From Nanobdellota archaeon (GTDB lineage: Archaea; Nanobdellota; Nanobdellia; Woesearchaeales; SM23-78): DNA of 64,000 nucleotides. The stretch spans positions 1,430-65,429 of the forward strand of contig JAHJQO010000033.1 of NCBI GenBank assembly GCA_018819305.1. The letters are read 5' to 3'. Within the stretch, counting starts at the first letter, position 1, and each line of letters begins with the position of its first letter. The notes under the pieces were generated by a model that was not told the DNA's origin, did not search any database, and saw only the letters and a list, made by a program, of their open reading frames with translations. Shown piece by piece: positions 1-8,682 of the stretch. Both the position numbers and the translations under genes were made by a program.

Positions 1-1293
1 TTTATCTCCATCTGTTGCATAGATGTAAGCAGTGTAGGTTCCCTGAATATCTGAGCTGATGGTCAGGATTTCCTGGTTCATCTCCGTAGTTATTTCAGCT
101 ATCTCATTTAGGTCATATGCTACTAAGTCTCCGTCAGCATCTGAAAAGTATTCATCCAGATTCAAAGTTGCTGTTTGTGTTGTTGTGATTGTGATGTCAG
201 GAATGTTTTGTATTTGTTCTGGTGCATTGTTTTCTTTGTTTTGCACTACTATTATGTCTGTTATTGTGAGTACACTTCCTTCTTCTAGTTCAACTATTAA
301 GATAGGGTTGCTGTTTTCATTGAGGTTGCATGTGTCTGTGCAGAGCGCCTCGAATGTATAAGTTTCTGTGATTGTTTCATTTGTTTGGTTTGTTTCATTT
401 ATTGTTGTGTTTATTTCTATTTCTGGTTCTTCTGGAATTTCTTCAGGTATTGTTTCATTTGTCTGGTTTGTTTCATTCAGAATTTGTTCTATGACTGTGA
501 ATGCACTTTCTAATCTGAGAATATCATCAGGCAATACAATGAGTGCTACAATTGTGTGTTCTCCTGTTTGTTCTGTTATGTAACTATCATCGTCTAATTG
601 TTGAGTTTCTTCTCCATAAGACACATACACGGATCTGTCATCTGCTTCAGGTTCTATTGTTATATATACAGTTTCTCCAAGTGCATATTCATTTTTATCT
701 GTGCTGATTAAGTATTCTGGTTCTTCTGCTATTACAAGTCCTGAGATTAGATTTTCTTCTTCTTGGTTTGTAATATCAGCAACAAGGTATTCTATATCTC
801 CAATTCTGAGCTTTACTATTGCTCCTGTTCCTTCTAAGATTCCACTTATTTTCAGACTGGTTATTTTTTCTAACTCAAGTGGTGTTTCTGTGTAATGATC
901 AAATACTCGGTCATATTCTATGAGTTCTTGAACTTCTCTGTCTAATGTTGTAAATCCTGTGAGTGCGTCTGGTGTTGTATAAAGAATTCCAACAATTACA
1001 ATTAGGACAAGCACTATTGCTGCTGCGCTGAAAGTTATTGCTGTTTTCTTTTTTCTCTGACTGTGCTCTTTGTCTTTTATTTTGCTTTGCTCTTCTAGGA
1101 TTTTCTGGTCGATGTATCTTATGAGTTCTTCTTTGTGTTTTCCACCTAGTTTTTCATTGAGCATGACATGATATTCTATTCCATCAATCTGATTGGTTCT
1201 TAGTTTTTCATCTAATTCATTTGTGAACCTGATTATTTCGTTCCTGGTTTCTTCCAGTTTCCTTATGTTCTCTTCAGGGTTTATTGAATTCAT
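1..1293 (-). CDS. Large membrane-anchored surface protein, truncated at the window edge (C-terminus lies beyond position 1)
   Basis: Not in the ORF track. ATG at 1293 has a GGAG RBS and overlaps the upstream stop (ATGA); frame is open to position 1. MNSINPEENIRK..., one TM helix (AAAIVLVLIVIVGILY), acidic Thr-rich extracellular part with NETNQTNETI twice and a cadherin/Ig-like NNAP...FSDADGD...ATDG segment. Confidence 0.85.
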   Translation of the reverse strand, partial: MNSINPEENIRKLEETRNEIIRFTNELDEKLRTNQIDGIEYHVMLNEKLGGKHKEELIRYIDQKILEEQSKIKDKEHSQRKKKTAITFSAAAIVLVLIVIVGILYTTPDALTGFTTLDREVQELIEYDRVFDHYTETPLELEKITSLKISGILEGTGAIVKLRIGDIEYLVADITNQEEENLISGLVIAEEPEYLISTDKNEYALGETVYITIEPEADDRSVYVSYGEETQQLDDDSYITEQTGEHTIVALIVLPDDILRLESAFTVIEQILNETNQTNETIPEEIPEEPEIEINTTINETNQTNETITETYTFEALCTDTCNLNENSNPILIVELEEGSVLTITDIIVVQNKENNAPEQIQNIPDITITTTQTATLNLDEYFSDADGDLVAYDLNEIAEITTEMNQEILTISSDIQGTYTAYIYATDGDK

Positions 1294-1613
1294 TTTCTCC
1301 TTTTATTCTTTTTTTTAGCATTATTGTATACAGTCCATATTGTGCGGTCATCTCTGTTTAAGGCGCGAGCTATTTCGCTGTATTTTAATCCGATTTCATC
1401 TTTGAGATAAACAACTGTGGATTCCAGTACTCCGTATTGTCTGTTTTGTAGAATTTGTATTGGTATGGTTATTGCATTTTTGTCTTGAGGTGATATCAAT
1501 TCTATCAGTTCTGTACTATTCAAGTCGTGTTTTTCTTTTAGACTTTTTAGAATTAGCTGGAATGCATTATACAGTGAGTCTTCTCTTATTTTTTCGCGTT
1601 TGACAGAATCCAT
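1290..1613 (-). CDS. Small HTH DNA-binding protein (sigma-70 region 4-like)
   Basis: C-terminal LKYSEIARALNRDDRTIWTVY helix-turn-helix; stop overlaps the start of the surface protein gene. Confidence 0.75.
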   Translation of the reverse strand: MDSVKREKIREDSLYNAFQLILKSLKEKHDLNSTELIELISPQDKNAITIPIQILQNRQYGVLESTVVYLKDEIGLKYSEIARALNRDDRTIWTVYNNAKKKNKRRK

Positions 1614-1618
1614 ATTAT

Positions 1619-1801
1619 TACTTATTATATAAGTATTTATAGTTTTTTTAACTTATTTAAATGTATTTTTTATGGTTAAAAATTCATTTTTTACTTATTA
1701 TGTAAGTTTTTATATTTAAATCTTTCTATTTTTTACTTATTTATTTTATTTTGAAGCTTTTTTTACCTATTATATAAGTATTTAATATGAATTTTACTTA
1801 T
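1619..1801. promoter_or_regulatory. Three copies of the palindrome TACTTAT-TAT-ATAAGTA plus half-sites in a divergent promoter region
   Basis: Copies at 1619-1635 (perfect), 1692-1708 and 1764-1780 (variants); half-sites at 1734-1740 and 1795-1801. Confidence 0.55.
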
Positions 1802-1848
1802 TAAAAAATATGGAAACTCATTTAAAAACCAACATTTCACTGTTAGCT

Positions 1849-2796
1849 ATGATCAATGATGCAAAGAAAAAAGACCTTGAAAAACAAGGATATAGAATAA
1901 TTGGCAATCATTCAGCAATCAAAGTATGCTTGTGGTGCAAAAAAAGCATCAGAGATGAAGGAACTTGCTATAAGCAAAAGTTTTATGGTATTAATTCCCA
2001 TAGATGCGTGCAAATGACTCCGAGCCTGCCTTTTTGCACTCTGCGATGTTGCTGGTGCTGGAGAGACATTGAACATACAATCCCGAAATGGATAGGACCA
2101 ATTGATTCTCCAAAAAAAATTGTTGATGAATGCATTAAAGCTCATGTAAAGTTTTTGCAGGGCTTTGGCGGAAATGTAAAATCAGATAAAAAAAAATATT
2201 CAGAAGCACAAAAACCTTTGCACTTTGCAATTAGTTTAGCAGGAGAGCCAACACTTTACCCTAAACTGCCTGAGCTTATCAAAGAGATACATGCTCAAGG
2301 CATGAGCTCATTTCTAGTTACTAATGGCACAAACCCTGAAATGCTGGAAAAAATAAAAACAAATCCACCCACACAATTATATATAACACTTCCTGCACCA
2401 AATGAATTAATTTTCATGAAGATGTGTTCTCCGCTTATCAAAGGCTTATGGCAAAACATAATTCAATCTCTTAAACTAATGAAAGGATTAAAAGACAAAA
2501 CTCGCACAACCATAAGACTTACATTAGCCAAAGATGTTAATATGCTTCATCCAGAACAATATGCAGAACTTATTAAAATCGCAGACCCTTTGTTTGTTGA
2601 AGTCAAAGCCTATATGCATGTCGGATATTCAAAAAAACGTCTTGAGATTGGAAACATGCCTATTCATTCTGAAATAAAAGAATTTGCAAATCAGCTTGCT
2701 AAGCATCTGGATTATAAATATATAGACGAGCAAATACCTTCAAGAGTTGTTTTGTTGATGAAAAAAGATGTAAAAGATAGGAAGATGGAATTCTAG
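1849..2796 (+). CDS. taw1: tRNA 4-demethylwyosine synthase Taw1/TYW1 (radical SAM)
   Basis: HSAIKVCLWC, CYKQKFYGINSHRCVQMTP, CxxxCxxC (CTLRCCWC), AISLAGEPTLYP, EVKAYMHVGYS, SRVVLL. Start probably 1849 (track gives 1810). Confidence 0.93.
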   Translation: MINDAKKKDLEKQGYRIIGNHSAIKVCLWCKKSIRDEGTCYKQKFYGINSHRCVQMTPSLPFCTLRCCWCWRDIEHTIPKWIGPIDSPKKIVDECIKAHVKFLQGFGGNVKSDKKKYSEAQKPLHFAISLAGEPTLYPKLPELIKEIHAQGMSSFLVTNGTNPEMLEKIKTNPPTQLYITLPAPNELIFMKMCSPLIKGLWQNIIQSLKLMKGLKDKTRTTIRLTLAKDVNMLHPEQYAELIKIADPLFVEVKAYMHVGYSKKRLEIGNMPIHSEIKEFANQLAKHLDYKYIDEQIPSRVVLLMKKDVKDRKMEF

Positions 2797-2799
2797 AAA

Positions 2800-3231
2800 A
2801 TGCAGCATTTAGCCATACTTAGAAAATCCTGGAAGCTTGCCCAAAAAATTCTTTCTGGGGAAAAAAAGATAGAATCCAGATGGTACAATGCAAAATATGC
2901 TCCATGGGATAGAATAAAAAAAGGAGATATAATTTATTTCAAGAATTCAGGGGAACCTGTGACTATAAAAGCAGAAGTAAGAAAAGTAATTCAATTTTCA
3001 GGGCTAACTCCTTCAAAAGTCAGGATGATTCTAGATGAGCATCATTCAGGGCTTGGTATTCCTAAAGCAACATTATCTAAATTTGTTGAGCGCTTTAAAA
3101 ATAAAAATTACTGTGTGCTTATTTTCTTGAATAATCCTCAAAAAATCAAGCCTTTTGATATTGACAAGAAAGGATTTGGATTGATGTCTGCATGGATAAC
3201 TATTGATGATTTAAATAAGATTAAAAGGTGA
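2800..3231 (+). CDS. ASCH (PUA-like) domain protein
   Basis: ILSGEKKIESR and IKKGDIIYF motifs; 3 nt after taw1. Confidence 0.75.
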   Translation: MQHLAILRKSWKLAQKILSGEKKIESRWYNAKYAPWDRIKKGDIIYFKNSGEPVTIKAEVRKVIQFSGLTPSKVRMILDEHHSGLGIPKATLSKFVERFKNKNYCVLIFLNNPQKIKPFDIDKKGFGLMSAWITIDDLNKIKR

Positions 3232-3271
3232 ATTTCTAAGAACAGATTTTTAAAACAAAAAATTTATAAAC

Positions 3272-3934
3272 TTGATAGTGATAACACATAATGAATTACA
3301 GGTGATAAAAATAATTAATCCATTTTCCAGCAGGGAAATTAAGAAAAGAATTCTTTTAAGAACTGCCAGACATAAAAAGAAACTAGCAATAACTGAGGAC
3401 AAAGAAAGAATAACTGACCGGAAGAGAGATCCTTCTTTTGAATACAGGTGGTTTGGCACATCATATCACAATTCAAGTATTAACTGGTTAGATGCAGGAA
3501 GAGGTTATTTCGAAGCTGCAGAATTAACTTTAAAGTCATGTTCTCAGCAAAGAAGGTATGCAAAAGCATTATCCTGTTATAAACATTTTTTTGTAGATCG
3601 TTTTCAATTAGAAAATATTATTGAAAAAGACACCTCCCGGATAATCGCAACAGTTTTGAGAGAGCCAATAGACATTACAGATCATTTTGGAAGATTATAC
3701 AATATTGCACAACAAATGAAAAATGAAAAATTGACGGAAATCACATCTAAAATATTAACTCATGCTCCTAATATGAATGTGGAAGGATCTTTAGAAGATT
3801 ACATAAACAAAACGCTACCTAAACCTGGTGAAGGAGTGATTTCAAATCCAGTTAAAAGACTTTATTTTAATCTCCTTTGGTCTTTTGGTTTTTATAATTC
3901 GGCTTTGTCTTTAAAACGTGCAAATGACAAATAA
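3272..3934 (+). CDS. Hypothetical protein
   Basis: 220-codon ORF filling the gap; no recognisable motif; start uncertain. Confidence 0.5.
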   Translation: MIVITHNELQVIKIINPFSSREIKKRILLRTARHKKKLAITEDKERITDRKRDPSFEYRWFGTSYHNSSINWLDAGRGYFEAAELTLKSCSQQRRYAKALSCYKHFFVDRFQLENIIEKDTSRIIATVLREPIDITDHFGRLYNIAQQMKNEKLTEITSKILTHAPNMNVEGSLEDYINKTLPKPGEGVISNPVKRLYFNLLWSFGFYNSALSLKRANDK

Positions 3935-3957
3935 GTTCGCCAATCAATTACTTCTAT

Positions 3958-4545
3958 CTAAACCTCAATCAACTTACCTTGATGGCCGGCATTAATTACT
4001 ATTGTTTTGCCAATCTTGTCCTGGGCACCGTCATTTTCATGCAGATGACCGCAGATAACTATCATTGGCTTTTCTTCTTTTATGAATTTTGTGTAGCTCT
4101 TGTTGCCTGCGTGCTCTCCGAGAATCATGTCTGTCTTGTTGCCATACGGCGGGCCGTGAAATACCATGACTAGTTTTTTCCCTTCTTTTTTCTTTATGAT
4201 TTTTTCTGCAAACTTTTCAAACTCCTTGTCTGTCAAAGCAAATCCTCCTCCGCCATATCCGACAAAAAGGATGTTTTCTTTTTCATAGAAATCCTTGTGA
4301 AAATAAATAAGGTTATTGTGTTTTTTGCATGCTTCTCTAAGTCTTTCTTCTGACTCGTGGTTTCCGTGCAGAACAAGAACAGGCTTGTTAAAGCTGTCTA
4401 TTTCTTTAAGCATCTTGCTCATATGGCCTTCAAAAATAGTCATGTCACCAGCACAAATAACAAGGTCTGCCTTGGCTGATTTTTTCTTGAGTTTTTTCAG
4501 AGCATTAACATCTCCGTGCGTGTCTACAAATGCGAGTATTATCAT
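3958..4545 (-). CDS. Calcineurin-like metallophosphoesterase
   Basis: DTHG, AGD, GNHE, HGPP and GHLHE motifs. Confidence 0.9.
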   Translation of the reverse strand: MIILAFVDTHGDVNALKKLKKKSAKADLVICAGDMTIFEGHMSKMLKEIDSFNKPVLVLHGNHESEERLREACKKHNNLIYFHKDFYEKENILFVGYGGGGFALTDKEFEKFAEKIIKKKEGKKLVMVFHGPPYGNKTDMILGEHAGNKSYTKFIKEEKPMIVICGHLHENDGAQDKIGKTIVINAGHQGKLIEV

Positions 4546-4588
4546 TTTAGATACTTAATATTTTGTTTTGATTTTTAAATTTTTAGTA

Positions 4589-5542
4589 TTATTCTTCAAT
4601 ATCTCTTGGAAGATAGTATTCTTTGTCAATATTGTCAATCTGTATTGACCAGTATTCCTCTATTGAAAACCTGGACCTGAGCTCTTTGATGAGGTCATTG
4701 TTTTTTATGCTTTCAATAATAAGAATTATGTGGTAGTCACCTATTATTTTGATTTGTTCAATTATATTCAGGTTCCTGATTCCAAACTCCACTAGCTTGT
4801 TGATTTCACCAACACCAATTCCTGATAATTTAAGAAGCAGGAGTGATCTGTTGATTCCCAGCGCCTTGTGGTTCAGAATGCAGCTGTATCCTCGGATTAT
4901 TCTGAGTTTTTCCAGTTTTTTCTTGATGTTAATAACGCTTTTGACAGAGATTTTGGTGGATTTGGCAATAGATGTATAGCTTGCAGTGGGTGTTTTGATT
5001 AGTTCTTTGAGAATGCTTTTTTCATTTGTTGATAATATGTTGACCTCCCTGTCACCGCAGATAACAATATCTGTGCCTGTACAATGTTCGATAAGATAGC
5101 ACCTGTCATGCTTGTGCTTTACAACAATTGGAAATATGAACTTGGTTTTTACTGTATGGTGTAATTTGTGTATAATTTCAGAATGTATTTTATTGAATGC
5201 AGAAAGGTTTTGGACGCAATATTCAACAATAAAATCAACACCGCGGGATGCTTCTTTGATTGATATGATTGAGTTTGTGTTTTTTAAAACATCTATTACT
5301 TCTGCCCTGATTTTTGCATCAAATTTTACATAGTTGAAGCCCACTATTATGTTTATGAATCCGAGCTTAATCGGGTCTACAATAGTTATTTCATTTTTGA
5401 CAAGTTTCTTCTTTTTAAGCTGGTGGATGATGTATGAAGCTGACTGCTGGCTGGACTTAATATGCTTGCTTAATTCTTTTGTAGATATTCTGATGTTACT
5501 TGAGAGGAGAAAAATAGCATTTTTCAATTTTTTCTTAATCAT
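4589..5542 (-). CDS. Tandem (duplicated) Lrp/AsnC-type wHTH transcriptional regulator
   Basis: Two wHTH + RAM-like units (ISTKELSKHI...VDPIKLGF; ASYTSIAKST...LNHKALGI...IIGDYHI). Confidence 0.8.
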   Translation of the reverse strand: MIKKKLKNAIFLLSSNIRISTKELSKHIKSSQQSASYIIHQLKKKKLVKNEITIVDPIKLGFINIIVGFNYVKFDAKIRAEVIDVLKNTNSIISIKEASRGVDFIVEYCVQNLSAFNKIHSEIIHKLHHTVKTKFIFPIVVKHKHDRCYLIEHCTGTDIVICGDREVNILSTNEKSILKELIKTPTASYTSIAKSTKISVKSVINIKKKLEKLRIIRGYSCILNHKALGINRSLLLLKLSGIGVGEINKLVEFGIRNLNIIEQIKIIGDYHIILIIESIKNNDLIKELRSRFSIEEYWSIQIDNIDKEYYLPRDIEE

Positions 5543-5667
5543 ATTTGGTAGAATTGGACTAAGTTTATAAATAACTTTTCATTTTAACCAATATATTTCT
5601 CGAAATTTTTATATTTTAGTTGTGTGTTTTGATGTATTCAGAGTAAAGTTATAGGTATACATAGACT

Positions 5668-5681
5668 TTTCTGATCAGAAA
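5668..5681. promoter_or_regulatory. Perfect 14-bp palindrome TTTCTGATCAGAAA, candidate operator
   Basis: 16 nt upstream of the ATP-grasp operon start, in the divergent region shared with the Lrp gene. Confidence 0.45.
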
Positions 5682-5697
5682 CACTGGGTGGGCTTGA

Positions 5698-6633
5698 ATG
5701 GAATCCGATTTAGATAAAATTGTCTATATGTCTGTAGAAGAAGGGTTTTTAGAATCTTCTCAAGATTCATATTTGACTAGCAAAAGAATAGTTCGAAAAA
5801 TTAGTGAATTAGTAACTCTTTTTTTAGTCCATCCTGCAGATTATGATTTAAATTCTATGAAAATAAAGAATGTTTATCTCTTTGAGGGGGAGAAATTAAA
5901 GCAAGAGAAAAATTCACATATTCCTCAAGGAGATATGTTTATAATATACGGTGATGAGACGTCAAAGAACGTCGGGCTTGATTTTGGAAGAAGCCAGTAT
6001 GCATTTTTAAAGAAACTACAAGAACAAGGCAATTTCAAACATTTTTTCAACACGCCTCAAGCAGAAGAAAACACAATGAAAGATGCATTGGTTGAGTTTT
6101 CAAAAAACCATATTCTGCAGATTGCAGATACATTTCGTTTTAATGATTATGAAACAACAGAGGATATGCTTCATAAGTATGGTTCACTGGTTCTGAAACC
6201 CATATTTGGATGCAGGGGATCTGGTGTGCATCTAATACATCGTTTGGATGATCTGCAAAAACTTGATGTAGGATTGGATTTTATTAAAGGAAACTATGTA
6301 TTGCAGGAGCCTTTGCAAGGTCCTGAGAAAAGATTGGTGCTTTTAGGAGGGTCTCTTCTTTGTTCTAGGGTTCATTATAATAGAAAAACACCCTGGAATC
6401 AGGATAATAAACAGGAAACTTATGTTTATACTCCTTCAGATAGGGAACTGGAGCTCTCTCAGAAAATAGCAGAAAAAGCAGGTTTAGAATTGGCAGGGAT
6501 AGATTTCATCGGTGAAAAGGTGAATGAGATAAATGGCACGGGAAGTGGTTTGGTCATCTATAATCATCATAATGAGCTTTTGTATGATAAATCAGATGCT
6601 TTTGTTCAAAGGGTAATTAGCAATTTAAAATGA
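5698..6633 (+). CDS. ATP-grasp ligase, GshB/RimK-like
   Basis: LVLKPIFGCRGSGV, YVLQE, EKR, GIDFIGEKVNEIN (compare GshB GLDIIGDRLTEIN). Confidence 0.85.
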   Translation: MESDLDKIVYMSVEEGFLESSQDSYLTSKRIVRKISELVTLFLVHPADYDLNSMKIKNVYLFEGEKLKQEKNSHIPQGDMFIIYGDETSKNVGLDFGRSQYAFLKKLQEQGNFKHFFNTPQAEENTMKDALVEFSKNHILQIADTFRFNDYETTEDMLHKYGSLVLKPIFGCRGSGVHLIHRLDDLQKLDVGLDFIKGNYVLQEPLQGPEKRLVLLGGSLLCSRVHYNRKTPWNQDNKQETYVYTPSDRELELSQKIAEKAGLELAGIDFIGEKVNEINGTGSGLVIYNHHNELLYDKSDAFVQRVISNLK

Positions 6634-7715
6634 GGAAAATAACTGTTGTTGGAGCTGGTAAAGGAGGTCATGCAATAGCAGGTTATACAGCTCTTCTGGG
6701 TAATGAAGTAACTTTGCTTACACATACTAAAAGAAAAGCTGATATAATGAAAGAACGAAATAATCAGATACTGCTGCAGGGTATTATTAATGGAGAAGCA
6801 CAGCTTAAAGAAACTACGATGAATGTCGAAAGTGCTGTAAGAGACAGCGAGTTAATATTTATTGTTACTGATGCTACTGCGCATCAAGCATATGCAAAAA
6901 AAATGGCTCCTTATCTCCAGAATCAAAAAGTGATTCTTATCTCGCCTGGTGTTGGCGGTGCGCTAGAATTTTATAAGATTATTAAAGAATTCAATCCAGA
7001 AGCAGATGTTACTGTTAGCGAGACAGATACTTTGATATATGCATGTAACGTTCCTCAGATTGGCGAATCTCATATAAAAGCACAAAAAAACAGCATTATT
7101 TTCACAACCATGCCTGAAAATAAATCAATAGAATCTGAAATACAAAGGTTATATCCTCAATTTAAGGATGTGAATGAACCTTTAATGGGAGTTGATGACA
7201 GTCCTGTGTTCCATATCTGCGGAATGATATTTAATGCAGACCGAATTAACAAAAAAGAAGATTTCAATTTCTATATTGATGGAATCACACCCGACGTAGC
7301 CAGATATATGGAGGAAATGGATGAAGAAAGATGTGAAATTGCAAAAGCTTTAGGGATTTCATACAGACCTATAAAACAATGGCTTAATATTGTATATGGC
7401 GTTCCTGTATCTGATTTATACATGATGATTCAGCATACACCTCCTTATCAGAATACTCTGGAAATGCCCAATAGAAGTCCTGCGCCAAAAAGTTTAATCC
7501 ACAGATATCTTATAGAAGAAATTCTTTTAAGAGCAGTGCCAACTTCATCTATTGGTAAAGCTTTGGAAATAGAAACCCCCAAATACGATGAGATGATACA
7601 AAGAGCCACAGATCTGACAGGGATTAATTTCCGGGAACAAGGAAGAAAAATAGAAGACATGGGCTTAAATCAAGAGCAGATAATTAACTGGAAATATAGA
7701 ACGAGAAATATATGA
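6630..7715 (+). CDS. NAD(P)-dependent opine (octopine/nopaline family) dehydrogenase
   Basis: Rossmann ITVVGAGKGGHAIA, ETDTLIYAC, PVFH, FYIDGITP, DEERCEIAKALG, HRYLIEE; ATGA overlap with the upstream gene. Confidence 0.88.
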   Translation: MRKITVVGAGKGGHAIAGYTALLGNEVTLLTHTKRKADIMKERNNQILLQGIINGEAQLKETTMNVESAVRDSELIFIVTDATAHQAYAKKMAPYLQNQKVILISPGVGGALEFYKIIKEFNPEADVTVSETDTLIYACNVPQIGESHIKAQKNSIIFTTMPENKSIESEIQRLYPQFKDVNEPLMGVDDSPVFHICGMIFNADRINKKEDFNFYIDGITPDVARYMEEMDEERCEIAKALGISYRPIKQWLNIVYGVPVSDLYMMIQHTPPYQNTLEMPNRSPAPKSLIHRYLIEEILLRAVPTSSIGKALEIETPKYDEMIQRATDLTGINFREQGRKIEDMGLNQEQIINWKYRTRNI

Positions 7716-7755
7716 AGAGGACTGTATCGGTATTGTAATTGGTGTTTATGTAAAA

Positions 7756-8682
7756 ATGATGAATATTGGCTATCTTGCTGTCGGGGAAATTAAAAAGGAA
7801 TTTATGTTTGATGATAAAGGAGATGCTGGTATTGCAAAAGCACTTGCAAATAATCATGAAGTTTATGCTTTTTCACAAGAACAGACTGATGGGGATTTTG
7901 TTTATGAAGCATATAGTGTCAGCAGAGGAAAAAGAGTTACAGTAAGAAAACAAATGAATGATTTTTTAGACGTCCTTTTTATTGCTGGTTTTCGAAAACC
8001 TAATGAGAATCGAGATGAGGTATATGATTTTATGCGAGTTATGGACAACATAGATATTCCTGTTATAAACCCGCCTGATAATTTCTTTTCTTTAGATGAT
8101 AAAAAATATCTTTTTCGATTGCAAGAAAAAGGCATTCCCTTTCCAAAGACAGAATTGGTTTCTTCTAAAGATGGATTAATTAATTTAATTTCCTCTGCTA
8201 CGCAAGAGCACAAGATTATTGTAAAACCAGTTAGAGGACAGGGCGGCAAGGGAATAGAGCGTTTTCCCGGCGGAGATGAAGAACTTATTCTGTCTTTTTT
8301 ACAAGAACAAAAAGAAGTTTTTGTCCAGACTTATATTCCTGAAATTGTTAATGGAGAAATTAATGTTATTTGTTTTGATTATGATATTAAGTATGCTATA
8401 AAAAAAGTTCCTAAGGATTTTCTTTCAAACTGGGCGCACGCATCCAGAGTAGAAGAAACTGAATTAAATGAAGATGATAAAGAATTTGTTATGAACATTC
8501 TTAGTTCAGAAGAATTTCTGCCTAAGGTAACGAGAGTTGATTTCGTAAGAACATATGCCAGCCCGTTTTTAATGGAGATTTCTGCAAATCGCCCAGCTCT
8601 TTACTCAACTGTAATCAATGGAGGCCCTGTAAGGGTGGCGAAGTATCTTGAAGATTTATTAAAAAGGGAAGTTTTCAGATGA
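7756..8682 (+). CDS. Second ATP-grasp ligase (DcsG/GshB-like)
   Basis: DKKYL, IVKPVRGQGGKGI, VQTYIPEIVNGE, RVDFV...PFLMEIS..RPAL. Confidence 0.85.
   Translation: MMNIGYLAVGEIKKEFMFDDKGDAGIAKALANNHEVYAFSQEQTDGDFVYEAYSVSRGKRVTVRKQMNDFLDVLFIAGFRKPNENRDEVYDFMRVMDNIDIPVINPPDNFFSLDDKKYLFRLQEKGIPFPKTELVSSKDGLINLISSATQEHKIIVKPVRGQGGKGIERFPGGDEELILSFLQEQKEVFVQTYIPEIVNGEINVICFDYDIKYAIKKVPKDFLSNWAHASRVEETELNEDDKEFVMNILSSEEFLPKVTRVDFVRTYASPFLMEISANRPALYSTVINGGPVRVAKYLEDLLKREVFR

Noticed and set aside
59..895. Plus-strand ORFs 59-361, 368-583 and 701-895
   Set aside because: Antisense shadows of the long minus-strand surface protein gene.
5698..8682. Graspetide (ATP-grasp RiPP) cluster or true glutathione synthesis
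   Set aside because: No precursor peptide ORF or gshA is visible, and the ligases lack full GshB N-terminal signatures.
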